A stretch of DNA of 64,000 bases from Candidatus Eiseniibacteriota bacterium (GTDB lineage: Bacteria > Eisenbacteria > RBG-16-71-46). The notes beneath the pieces are model-generated. The model searched no databases. It was not told the origin of the DNA and worked only from the letters and a program-made list of their open reading frames with translations. The stretch spans positions 96,001-160,000 of the forward strand of contig JBBRLX010000001.1 of the NCBI GenBank assembly GCA_038231135.1, written 5' to 3'. Position 1 is the first letter of the stretch, and every line of letters begins with the position of its first letter. This document shows positions 55,335 through 64,000 of the stretch, piece by piece. The translations under genes were made by a program, and so were the position numbers.

Positions 55335-55772
55335 TCACCCGAACGGCCCCGGCGCCCTTGAGCGCGCCCGCCGGGGATCGGAGCCGCGGCCGTTCAGTGA
55401 CGGCGTGGCTCGCATCGCCGCCGCCACCCCGGCGGCCAGCACGAGCTGAAACGGCAGGCGCGCCCACAACAGCAACTCCCCCCACCCGGCGCCGCCATGC
55501 GCTCGATACACGCGCAGCATTTCCACGTTGGCGGGCAGCACGGTGAACAGCAGCAGGATCAGACCCCAGCCGGCAACCCGACGGGTGCGGCGCACCAGCA
55601 GGCCGATCCCACCCAGGATCTCGGCGATGCCGCTGATCGCGATCAGTCGATCGTGCGCCGGCAGGTAGGATGGCATGATGCCGCGATAGCGCTCCGGCAT
55701 CACCAGGTGCAGGACACCCGCGGCGACGAACAGGATGGACAGAACCGCTCGCAACAGCCGGGTGCCGGTCAC
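55335..55772 (-). CDS. DoxX-like membrane protein
   Basis: FVAAGVLH, IMPSYLP, SGIAEILGG, LPAN, RLPFQ; GTG with AGGAG RBS. Confidence 0.8.
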   Translation of the reverse strand: MTGTRLLRAVLSILFVAAGVLHLVMPERYRGIMPSYLPAHDRLIAISGIAEILGGIGLLVRRTRRVAGWGLILLLFTVLPANVEMLRVYRAHGGAGWGELLLWARLPFQLVLAAGVAAAMRATPSLNGRGSDPRRARSRAPGPFG

Positions 55773-55981
55773 GAAGCTCCTGTCATGCGGGTCGCGTCCT
55801 GTCGTGAGGACTGCGGTGGAGCGGAATCGTCCTGACGGCAAAACCGCGGGCTCGATCGATCCTACCGCGATCGCGTTCCGGCGCCCGGCTCGAATCGGTT
55901 AGGATCGGTCCGCGACAGGCGCTGGAGGCGGTTCCGGAACCGCCGGAAGCCCTGCCTCCACTCGACTCGCCCCGGACCGCC

Positions 55982-58111
55982 ATGACTACCGTGGACACAC
56001 CTCGACGCCCACTCGCGCTCGCACCCGACGCCCGGATCCAGTTCGTCCCCGGCGTGGGGCCGCAGCGTGCCCAGGCGTTCGAGCGGCTCGGGCTCCAGAG
56101 CGTCGAGGACGTGATCCGCCACTACCCGCGCACCTATCTCGACGCCCGGCGGTTCGTGAACATCGCCGATCTCGCCCCGGGCGGCCTCGTCACCGTGAAG
56201 GGCGTCGTGCGGCGCGGCGCCGCCGTGCGCACCCGCGGCGGCCGCGCGGACTTCACCGCGGTGATCGCGGACGACACCGGCGTGCTCGGCTGTTACTTCT
56301 TCGGCCAGCCGTTCCTCGCGCGCACGCTGGTCCCCGGGACGCGCGTGGTGGTGAGCGGCGTCGTGGAACCACTCGAGCGCCGCATGCAGAATCCGATGTT
56401 CGAGGTGGTCGAGGACGACATCGAGCAACTGATGCACGCCGGACGGCTGGTGCCGGTGCACGCGCTCACGCGCGGGCTGACGGCGCGCGGCATGCGCACG
56501 GTGGTGCGCGCCGCGCTCGATCGCGCCGTGGCGGCCGTCGAGGATGCGGTCCCGGGATCCGTCGCGGCGGCGCGCGGGCTGCTGCCGCTCGCCGCCGCGC
56601 TCCGGGCGATCCATTTTCCCGAGACCGACGCCGAGCTGGCCGCGGCGCGGCGGCGGCTGGCGTTCGAGGAGCTGTTCCTGCTCCAGACCGTGCTCGGCCT
56701 GAGGCGCCGCGCGCTCCAGCAGGAGGGCCGCGGGTTCGCGACCGCGGGGCCGGGCGAGCTGGCGGCGCGCGCGCGGGCCGCACTGCCGTTCGTGCTCACC
56801 CCCGATCAGGACACGGCGCTGGCCGAGATCACCGCCGACCTGCGCCGCCCGCTGCCGATGCAGCGCATGCTGCTCGGGGACGTCGGCAGCGGCAAGACCG
56901 CGGTCGCGTGGCTCGCGGCGCTGCACGTGATCGAGGCCGGGCACCAGGCGGCGTTCATGGCGCCCACCGAGATCCTGGCGCGCCAGCACGGCCGCAATCT
57001 CGCCGCGTTCGGCGCCGCCGTCGACGTGCCGGTGGCGGTGCTCACCGGGTCCACGCCCGCCGACGAGCGCCGCCGCGCCGCGCGGCTGCTCGAGGCGGGA
57101 ACGCCGATGCTGGTGGTCGGCACCCATGCGCTGCTCGAGGACAAGGTGCGGCTGCCGGGCCTGGCGCTCGCGATCGTGGACGAGCAGCACCGGTTCGGCG
57201 TGCGCCAGCGGGCGCGGCTCGCGGCCAAGGCCGTGATGCCCGACGTGCTGGTGCTCACCGCCACGCCGATCCCGCGCACGCTCACGCTCGCCTACTACGG
57301 CGACCTCGACGTGAGCACGCTGCGCGCGCGGCCGGCCGGGCGCGGCCGGCTCGTCACCCGGGTGACGCGGGAGGACAGGTTTCCGCAGGTGATCGAGTTC
57401 ATGGCGAAGGAGCTGGCGGCGGGCCGCCAGGCGTTCGTGGTGGTGCCGCTGATCGAGGCGGGCGAGGGGCCTGTGGCGTCGCGCGTCTCGACGCGCAGCC
57501 ATCGCGCCGCGGAGGACGAGTTCCAGCGGCTGTCGGGTCATCCGCACCTGCGGCCGTACCGGGTGGGACTACTGCACGGGCGGCTCAAAGCCCCGGACAA
57601 GCAGCGCGTCATGGAGGAGTTCGCCGCCGGCACGCTCCACGTGCTGGTCGCGACCACGGTGGTCGAGGTGGGCGTGGATGTCGCGAACGCCACGGTGATG
57701 CTGATCGAGAACGCCGACCGGTTCGGTCTCACCCAGCTCCATCAGCTGCGCGGCCGCGTGGGCCGCGGCGCCCACCGCTCGGTGTGTGTGCTGATGCCGT
57801 GCGCGGAGTCGAACCCGCTGGCGATCGAGCGCCTCGACGTGCTGGCGCGCACCGACGACGGGTTCGAGATCGCGGAGGCCGACCTCAGGCTGCGCGGGCC
57901 CGGGGAGTTGTGGGGCGTGCGCCAGAGCGGGGTGCCGAGGTTGAGGCTCGCGGACCTGGCGCGGGACGGCGAGTTGTTCGAGGAGGCGCAGGCTTCGGCG
58001 CGCGCCGTGGTGGAGGTGGATCCGGGTTTGCTCCGCGAGGAGCACGCCGCGCTCAAGCGTGTGCTGCAGCGCGACTATCACGAACCGCTCGAACTGGCGA
58101 TGGCGGGATGA
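55982..58111 (+). CDS. recG: ATP-dependent DNA helicase RecG
   Basis: RRLAFEE, GDVGSGKT, DEQHRFGVRQR, TATPIPR, HQLRGRVGR, RGPGE. Confidence 0.97.
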   Translation: MTTVDTPRRPLALAPDARIQFVPGVGPQRAQAFERLGLQSVEDVIRHYPRTYLDARRFVNIADLAPGGLVTVKGVVRRGAAVRTRGGRADFTAVIADDTGVLGCYFFGQPFLARTLVPGTRVVVSGVVEPLERRMQNPMFEVVEDDIEQLMHAGRLVPVHALTRGLTARGMRTVVRAALDRAVAAVEDAVPGSVAAARGLLPLAAALRAIHFPETDAELAAARRRLAFEELFLLQTVLGLRRRALQQEGRGFATAGPGELAARARAALPFVLTPDQDTALAEITADLRRPLPMQRMLLGDVGSGKTAVAWLAALHVIEAGHQAAFMAPTEILARQHGRNLAAFGAAVDVPVAVLTGSTPADERRRAARLLEAGTPMLVVGTHALLEDKVRLPGLALAIVDEQHRFGVRQRARLAAKAVMPDVLVLTATPIPRTLTLAYYGDLDVSTLRARPAGRGRLVTRVTREDRFPQVIEFMAKELAAGRQAFVVVPLIEAGEGPVASRVSTRSHRAAEDEFQRLSGHPHLRPYRVGLLHGRLKAPDKQRVMEEFAAGTLHVLVATTVVEVGVDVANATVMLIENADRFGLTQLHQLRGRVGRGAHRSVCVLMPCAESNPLAIERLDVLARTDDGFEIAEADLRLRGPGELWGVRQSGVPRLRLADLARDGELFEEAQASARAVVEVDPGLLREEHAALKRVLQRDYHEPLELAMAG

Positions 58112-58845
58112 TCACGATCACCTGTCCCCACTGCGCGAGCCGGTTTCGCCTGCCACCGGAACTCGCCGGGCCGGGCGGCGCCCGCGTGCGGTGCGCCCGG
58201 TGCGAGGGCGCGTTCGACTGGATCCGCTCGCGGCCCGCCGGCCACGGCGCGGCGCGGGACGTCCGGCATCCGGCCGGCGCCGGCCACTCCGCCGCGCGAG
58301 CGCCGGCCCTCGACCCGTTCGAATCGGCTGGGCCTGCGGCCGGATTCGAGGCATACGACGTGGCTCGAGTCGCGCGCGAGTTCGACCCGTTCGACGTGGC
58401 CGCGCCCGCCGCGGCGCGCGATCCGTTCCCTGCAGATCCACACTCGACGGAGCCGGACGTCGCCGCGGCGACCCCGCACGTCACGGAGTTCGTGATGCTC
58501 TTGGACGACGGCATGAGCATGATGGCCGAGCTCGAATCGCTCGCCGCCCCGCCGGCGGGCGTCGCGCCGCCGCCGGCCACCGCGGTGCAGGAGCTCGATG
58601 CCGCGGATGCCACGCCCGCGCTCGTCGCGCGCCTGGCGGTCGAGGAGCTGGTGAACGCGGGCTCGGCGGCGCTGCTCGAGGCCTACGACCAGGCCGCGCT
58701 GTTCGCGCGGTTCGGGCCGGCGATCGCGGTCGCATGGCAGCACTGCCTCGACCGTTTGGGCGCGGGCGCCGATCCATCCCTGTTCCGGGCGGCGCTCAAG
58801 GCGCGGCTCGGGATCGACCTGCCGGAGTGGATCGACCGCGGCTGA
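58108..58845 (+). CDS. MJ0042-type zinc-ribbon protein with helical C-terminal domain
   Basis: ITCPHCASRF..GARVRCARC; low-complexity linker; ATGA overlap with recG. Confidence 0.8.
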   Translation: MITITCPHCASRFRLPPELAGPGGARVRCARCEGAFDWIRSRPAGHGAARDVRHPAGAGHSAARAPALDPFESAGPAAGFEAYDVARVAREFDPFDVAAPAAARDPFPADPHSTEPDVAAATPHVTEFVMLLDDGMSMMAELESLAAPPAGVAPPPATAVQELDAADATPALVARLAVEELVNAGSAALLEAYDQAALFARFGPAIAVAWQHCLDRLGAGADPSLFRAALKARLGIDLPEWIDRG

Positions 58846-58861
58846 CGCCGGTCGCGGCGGC

Positions 58862-60199
58862 TCAGCCGGGCGGCGCGGCCTCCGGCGCGGCCGTCATCCG
58901 TCGCCCCCACAGCACCGCCGCGAACCCGATGGCGGCCACGCAGCCGGCGCAGGTGAGCAGCGCGGCCTCGATGCCGAAGTTGCGCGCGATCGCGCCCGCC
59001 GCAGTGACGCCGAACAGGAACACCAGCCGCATCAGGAAGTCGCGCGCGCTGAACACCCGCCCGCGATGCTGGGGCGCGGTGCCTTCCTGCAGCAGCGTCT
59101 CGCACAGCGTGAACGCCGGGGCCGCCGCGATGCCGATCAGGAACGCGGACGCGGCGAACACCGCGAAGCGTGTGGACAGTGCGAATGCCACCAGCGCGCC
59201 CCCCACGACGATCAGCCCGCCGCCGAGCAGCGGGCCGCTCGCGTGCCGGCGGCCGCGGGTGTTCACCCACACGGTGCCGATCCCGCTGCCGAGCCCGAGG
59301 ACCGACATGAGCACGCCGAGGCGCTCCATGCCGGGCGAGCTCGCGGCGCGCTGAATGTGCTGGTTGCCCGCGACGTGCAGGAACCCGCCGCCCACCCACA
59401 CCGCCGCGAGCGCCAGCAGCGCGAGCCGCACCACCGGATTCCGGCGCACGATGTTCCAGCCCTCGCCGACTTCGCGCACGTAACCCCGCAGCGTGGTCGT
59501 CCTGCGGGGACCCGTGTCGTGGCGGGGCTGGTTGCGGATCACGAGCAGCGCCGCCACCGAGACCAGATACGTGCCCCCGTTGATGTAGAGCGCGACCCCC
59601 CAGCCCCAGTGATCCACGACCCAGCCGCCGGCCAGCGCGCCGACCGCGGTCGCGACGATGCCGGCGCCGGCGAGCAGGGCGTTCGCCGCCAGCAGCTGCG
59701 GGGGCGGCACCAGGTCCGGCAGGATCGCGCTCTTCGCGGGCAGGAACAGCACGTTGCAGGTGAACATCGCAAACACGATCGCGAACATGGGGACGGTGGC
59801 GTGCGTGACCCCATACAGCACCGGGATCAGCATCACCAGCAGCGAGCGCAGGAAATCCGACACCACCAGCACGTGACGCAGGTTGCGGCGGTCGAGCCAC
59901 GCGCCGGTGAACGGCGAGAACAGCAGCACCGGCGCGAGCATGACGTTCGCGAGCACCGTCAGCAGCAGCGACGAGCGGGGATCGGCGAAATGGTGGGTGT
60001 GCACCGCAAGCATGCCGACCAGCGCGAGGTAGGTGAGGCGCTCGCCGAGGATCGAGATCAGCTGACCCCACCACAGCGCACCGAAGTTGCGCTGCAGCAA
60101 CAGCGGCCGCGGGACCGTGACGGGCGTTGTGGGCGCCGGCGAGGCCGTGGCGGGCGCGGGCGCCGACGGGACCGGATCCGCGGGGCGCTCGGGCGCCAT
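58862..60199 (-). CDS. MFS transporter
   Basis: RNFGALWWGQLIS, GAWLDRRNLR, RGRVFS; about 12 TM segments. Confidence 0.88.
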   Translation of the reverse strand: MAPERPADPVPSAPAPATASPAPTTPVTVPRPLLLQRNFGALWWGQLISILGERLTYLALVGMLAVHTHHFADPRSSLLLTVLANVMLAPVLLFSPFTGAWLDRRNLRHVLVVSDFLRSLLVMLIPVLYGVTHATVPMFAIVFAMFTCNVLFLPAKSAILPDLVPPPQLLAANALLAGAGIVATAVGALAGGWVVDHWGWGVALYINGGTYLVSVAALLVIRNQPRHDTGPRRTTTLRGYVREVGEGWNIVRRNPVVRLALLALAAVWVGGGFLHVAGNQHIQRAASSPGMERLGVLMSVLGLGSGIGTVWVNTRGRRHASGPLLGGGLIVVGGALVAFALSTRFAVFAASAFLIGIAAAPAFTLCETLLQEGTAPQHRGRVFSARDFLMRLVFLFGVTAAGAIARNFGIEAALLTCAGCVAAIGFAAVLWGRRMTAAPEAAPPG

Positions 60200-60210
60200 G
60201 GGATCGCGCG

Positions 60211-61350
60211 TCAGGCGGCGGTGTGAACGGCGCTGCGCCTGGCGATCGCCTCGCGGTACACGGCTTCGATCTGGTCGGTGACGCGCGGCCATGCGAACTC
60301 GAGCGCGCGGCTGCGGCCGCGTTGCGCGAGCACCTGGCGCCGCTCGGGGTCGTTCACGAGCCGCACCAGAGTGTCGGCCAGCGACGCCGAGCTGCCGGGA
60401 GTGAACATCATGCCGTTCACGTCGGGCTGGACCACGGACCGGTAGCCGGGGATGTCGGACGCGACGACCGGACACCCCGACGCCATCGCCTCGAGCAGCA
60501 CGATGCCGAAACTCTCGTTGCCGGACGCCGGGGACACGAAGATGTCGCCGGTGCGGTACCACCGCGGCAGGTCGGCCTTCGGCACGTGGCCCAGGAACCA
60601 CACGTGATCGCGCACGGCGGCCGGGACCGAGGCCTCGTAGCGGGCGCGCAGGTACGAATCGCCGATCACGATCAGCCGCGCGCGGCCGTGGGTGCGCTGC
60701 ATCACCTCGGGCATCGCATCGATCAGCACCTGGACGCCCTTGCGCGGGTCGAGCCTGCCGACGAACAGCAGGTTCACACGGTCGGGATCGCGCCACGCGT
60801 CGAACATCGGCACCGTGGGCGAGAACCGCTCGATGTCGACCCCGTTCGGAATGATGCGGTAGTCGCCGGGGAAGATCAGCTTCGCGGTGTCGGCCGCGGT
60901 GCGCGACACCGCGATCCGCGCGTCGAGCTTGTCCACCACCTTGGTCAGGAAATTACGGAACGTGTCCACCAGCACGCCGGTGCCGCCGGTGCTGTGGAAC
61001 GTACCCACCTGCGGGCAGGACGCCGCCTGGATCGCGAGGATCGGCAGGCTCGGCGAGATCGGACAGTGGGTGTGCACCACATCGAAATCGTGGCGGGCGA
61101 ACAACTCGCGCAGGTTGCGCTTCAGCGTCAGCCCAACCGTGAAATCGACGAACGCCTTGTTGAACGGGAGCAGCACGTTGTAGCCGACGCGATCCACGTA
61201 TTCGGGATCCGGCACGTCGCCGCGGAACCGGCTGGTGATGATGCGCACGTCGTGGCCGCGGCGTATCAGCTCCTCGGCGGTGTGATGGACGTGCTCGGTG
61301 ACGCCGCCGAACCGTGGATAGTACGACTGTGAAACGATCGCGATCTTCAC
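60211..61350 (-). CDS. GT4 glycosyltransferase, PimA-like mannosyltransferase
   Basis: GGVTEHV, VGTFH, IAVS, IPNGVD, PRKG, ESFGIVLLEAMA. Confidence 0.85.
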   Translation of the reverse strand: MKIAIVSQSYYPRFGGVTEHVHHTAEELIRRGHDVRIITSRFRGDVPDPEYVDRVGYNVLLPFNKAFVDFTVGLTLKRNLRELFARHDFDVVHTHCPISPSLPILAIQAASCPQVGTFHSTGGTGVLVDTFRNFLTKVVDKLDARIAVSRTAADTAKLIFPGDYRIIPNGVDIERFSPTVPMFDAWRDPDRVNLLFVGRLDPRKGVQVLIDAMPEVMQRTHGRARLIVIGDSYLRARYEASVPAAVRDHVWFLGHVPKADLPRWYRTGDIFVSPASGNESFGIVLLEAMASGCPVVASDIPGYRSVVQPDVNGMMFTPGSSASLADTLVRLVNDPERRQVLAQRGRSRALEFAWPRVTDQIEAVYREAIARRSAVHTAA

Positions 61351-62240
61351 GCTTCGACGTGCTGCGTGGCCCCGGCGGGCGCGGATTCGGGGGTCGGGGC
61401 CGGCTCCCACATCGGCCGGAATATGCACCACTGGTCGATGTGATCGTGGATGTGGCGCTGCACCGTCGACGCCACGGCCGCATTGAGCGCCTGGGCGGAC
61501 GGGAACGCGGCGGGGTCGAGCGCCGGCTCCATCACGATGCGGAACCGGCCGGTGCCGATCCGCTCGCAGTAGCCGCAGATGATCAGCGCTCCCGTGCGCT
61601 GGGCGAGCACGCCCGGCCCGGTCGGCCAGCGGGTCTCGCGGCCGAAGAATTCCACCGGGGCGCCATGCGAGTAGAGATCGCCGTCGACCATCAGCGCGAC
61701 CAGGTCGTTGTGCTCGAGTGCGCGCAGCAGCTTGCGCATGCCGTCCTCGTGGGACACCGTGTGGATCGCGAGTTCGGTCTTGGTGTCGCGCACGGCGGGG
61801 GACAGCCAGCGATTGAGCTGTACGCCGGCCACCGCGTGCAGCGTGTAGCCCATGTGGGCGAGCACCACCGCGGCCAGCTCCCAGTTGCCGAGGTGGGTGG
61901 AGGCGAGGATCACGCCGCGCCCGCGGGCCACCGCCTGCTCCAGATGGTCACGCCCGACCACCTCGACCGAGTTCAGCAGCTCCTCCCGCTCGAGGTGGGG
62001 GAGCCGGAAGAACTCGAACAGCATATAGGTGTAGCTGCGCATCATCCGCCGGACGATCCGCAGGCGTTCGCGTCGCGGGGTGCCGGGGAGCGCCACCGCC
62101 AGATTCGCGAGCGCGGCGTGCCGGCGAGCCGGGAACAGCCGGAAGTGCAGCTCGCTGAACCACGACGCGAGCGTGTATCCGACTGCGAGCGGCATGCCTG
62201 CGACGAACCCGGTGAGCCAGCCGAAAACGAGCCGAGACAT
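61347..62240 (-). CDS. Lipid acyltransferase (LpxL/PatA family)
   Basis: GRGVIL.STHLGNWE, VALMVD, VEFFG, DQW; ATG 62240 with GGAG RBS (alternative GTG 62252). Confidence 0.88.
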   Translation of the reverse strand: MSRLVFGWLTGFVAGMPLAVGYTLASWFSELHFRLFPARRHAALANLAVALPGTPRRERLRIVRRMMRSYTYMLFEFFRLPHLEREELLNSVEVVGRDHLEQAVARGRGVILASTHLGNWELAAVVLAHMGYTLHAVAGVQLNRWLSPAVRDTKTELAIHTVSHEDGMRKLLRALEHNDLVALMVDGDLYSHGAPVEFFGRETRWPTGPGVLAQRTGALIICGYCERIGTGRFRIVMEPALDPAAFPSAQALNAAVASTVQRHIHDHIDQWCIFRPMWEPAPTPESAPAGATQHVEA

Positions 62241-62285
62241 CGTGTTCTCCACTCCTAAACGTCCCGCGGTCCGATACCCTGATCG

Positions 62286-62315
62286 AAACTAGCTTCAGGC
62301 CGCAAGTGCTGTCAA
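62286..62315 (-). promoter_or_regulatory. Sigma70 promoter of the acyltransferase operon
   Basis: Minus strand TTGACA-18 nt-TAGTTT. Confidence 0.6.
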
Positions 62316-62360
62316 GGACGCGGCTTCGCCCGGATTTCGTCGGTTCGGATTTTGTTCCGA

Positions 62361-62389
62361 TGGACCCGCCGTCCCGCGCGACCTAGGAT
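62361..62389 (+). promoter_or_regulatory. Putative divergent sigma70 promoter
   Basis: TGGACC-17 nt-TAGGAT; same -35 hexamer as the rib promoter. Confidence 0.5.
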
Positions 62390-62482
62390 ACGCGCGGGCG
62401 CCGGTGTCCAGCAGTCGCTCGCCGACTCGCCGGATGGGGGATTCCGGACCCTCGAGGCACTGGGCCGTGCAACGGAGGGAGC

Positions 62483-62890
62483 GTGCCGAGTCAGAAGCTC
62501 ATGCGATGCCTGATCCGCCCGGTAGGTAGTTCCGTGGCGCCGAGCGAACGGTTCGTCCCGCTCGAAATCTATGGGTTGTGGGAATTCCTGATGCGGGACA
62601 AGCACAGCTTCGAGGTGGTCGATTCCCGGGCGTCGCTGTGGCTCGACATGGAGGACTCGCCCGAGGCCGCCTACGGCGAGGATCAGTACGATCGCGTGAC
62701 GGAAATCACCGCGTTCGTCTATTCGGGCCGCGACGAGATGTTCACGCGCGCCCGCCGGTACTTCCCCACGGATCAATGCCCGCGTCTGCGCGAGATCTTC
62801 CTCAAGCACTACGAGCTGGAAGGGGCGCGGTTGCAGACCCAGGTACGCGAGCGCCCCGGCATCTGGCTCCACCGCACGGCAGCGGTCTGA
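62483..62890 (+). CDS. Hypothetical protein
   Basis: GGAGGG RBS, protein-like composition, GC3-rich codons; family not recognised. Confidence 0.75.
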   Translation: MPSQKLMRCLIRPVGSSVAPSERFVPLEIYGLWEFLMRDKHSFEVVDSRASLWLDMEDSPEAAYGEDQYDRVTEITAFVYSGRDEMFTRARRYFPTDQCPRLREIFLKHYELEGARLQTQVRERPGIWLHRTAAV

Positions 62891-63042
62891 AAATCGCCGA
62901 TTGCTGCGTTGGCTCGTCGCTCCTCCCTGCGAAGTCGGCGGGTCTTGATCGGTACCGCGGCGGCTGATCTCGCTCGCGGCGTCCGCTGATTCACGGCCTT
63001 TTCGGGGCCTCCCGGGCCTGCCTTCCCGCCCCAGCTTTTCGT

Positions 63043-63070
63043 TCAAGGCCCGCCAAGCCCGCGCCGATAC
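63043..63070 (+). promoter_or_regulatory. Sigma28 (FliA)-like promoter
   Basis: TCAAG-15 nt-GCCGATAC. Confidence 0.5.
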
Positions 63071-63318
63071 CCACGCTGGAGTCGTCGGCAGGCAGAAGCA
63101 GCCCGGCGTGGTGCGATTCTCGAGCTCCGGCCGTCGTGGGACGCCGGGAGCGAGGATCGCGACCTCATCCGGTGCGAGGGATGTCCCCAACAGCGTGCTT
63201 TGCATCCTCGCGGGGCATTCGCCAGCGCCTTCGAAGTTCCCTTTGGAGAAAGGGCGGCAAGGGGCTCCATTGGGTTCGGCTTCGTGACAGGGTGGGGTCG
63301 CTTAAGGAGGATACGACC

Positions 63319-64000
63319 GTGGTGGTGGTGAGCTATTCCGGCAAGGAAATCAACGCGAAGCTCGTGTACTACGGTGCCGGGCTGAGCGGAAAGACCACCA
63401 ACCTCGAGTCGATCTACGAGGCGGTTCCCGATACCAGCCGCGGCAAGATGGTGAGCATGAAGACGCAGTCCGACCGGACGCTGTTCTTCGACCTGCTGCC
63501 GCTCGATCTCGGCGAGATCATGGGGTTCAAGACCCGCTTCCTGCTCTACACGGTCCCGGGGCAGGTGTTCTACAACGCCACGCGCAAGCTGGTGCTCAAG
63601 GGCGCGGATGCCGTGGTGTTCGTCGCGGACTCGGAAGTCGGCAAGATGGACGAGAATCGCGAGAGCCTCGGGAACCTCCGCACGAACCTGTCCGAATACG
63701 GACTAAGGCTCGAGGAGATTCCCTGGGTGCTGCAGTACAACAAGCGCGACCTCGACAACGTGTATTCGGTCGAGGACCTGAACGCCGCGCTCAATCCCGA
63801 CGGCACGGTGCCGTGGTTCGAAGCCGTGGCGAACCAGGGCAAAGGCGTGTTCGAGACGTTCCGCGGCGTGTCGCATCTGTTGATGGAGAAGGTGACGCGC
63901 GACCTGCGGCGCACGCCGCTGACCGGTCCGGGCTCACGGGGGCGCGCCGCCGACACGCACGCTCCGGCGCCGTCCGATCCGCTCGGCCTGTCGGGTCTCG
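63319..64000 (+). CDS. MglA-like small GTPase with C-terminal extension (3' truncated; absent from the ORF track)
   Basis: AAGGAGG RBS; KEINAKLVYYGAGLSGKTTNL, DRTLFFD, YTVPGQVFY, QYNKRD, EAVA; frame open to the window end. Confidence 0.92.
   Translation, partial: MVVVSYSGKEINAKLVYYGAGLSGKTTNLESIYEAVPDTSRGKMVSMKTQSDRTLFFDLLPLDLGEIMGFKTRFLLYTVPGQVFYNATRKLVLKGADAVVFVADSEVGKMDENRESLGNLRTNLSEYGLRLEEIPWVLQYNKRDLDNVYSVEDLNAALNPDGTVPWFEAVANQGKGVFETFRGVSHLLMEKVTRDLRRTPLTGPGSRGRAADTHAPAPSDPLGLSGL

Noticed and set aside
60200..60796. Long N-terminal extension of the MFS ORF
   Set aside because: Overlaps the GT4 gene in another frame; ATG at 60199 fits better
63570..63956. Minus-strand 128-aa ORF
   Set aside because: Antisense shadow of the MglA-like gene
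1..64000. Mobile elements, prophage, CRISPR, tRNA/rRNA, defence systems
   Set aside because: No integrase, transposase, phage or cas motifs, no repeat-spacer array and no tRNA/rRNA pattern seen

Overview
High-GC, gene-dense chromosomal window from a diderm bacterium: MurE has the meso-DAP-type DNPR motif and there is an outer-membrane barrel gene. A PorZ-like/FlgD-Ig protein and a DUF2723 gene point to the FCB group, possibly a candidate phylum such as Ca. Eisenbacteria (inference only). Order: zinc anti-sigma factor, atypical ychF, OMP-like gene; FMN riboswitch plus ribD-ribE-ribBA-ribH-nusB; a ~29 kb glycosylation locus (7.5-36.8 kb); the dcw cluster (mraZ to ftsZ) with an unexpected STAS gene; TPR gene overlapping rpmB; DoxX-like gene; recG; zinc-ribbon protein with a RomX-like tail; minus-strand acyltransferase/PimA-like GT4/MFS operon; a hypothetical gene; and a partial MglA-like GTPase behind a sigma28-like promoter. 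The glycosylation locus has four GT-C-type membrane proteins, two polyprenol-phosphate sugar synthases, two flippases, HddA/HddC, AsnB, a FemAB-like GNAT and a PorZ-like beta-propeller. It is the best candidate for an undescribed system, a combined protein O-glycosylation and T9SS cargo-anchoring glycan pathway. Next come a RomX-like/MglA-like polarity module and a PatA/PimA-like glycolipid operon. No CRISPR, tRNA, rRNA or mobile element was seen. All family calls are from motif recognition by eye, without database searches. Many starts were moved from the ORF track to match RBS and overlap evidence.
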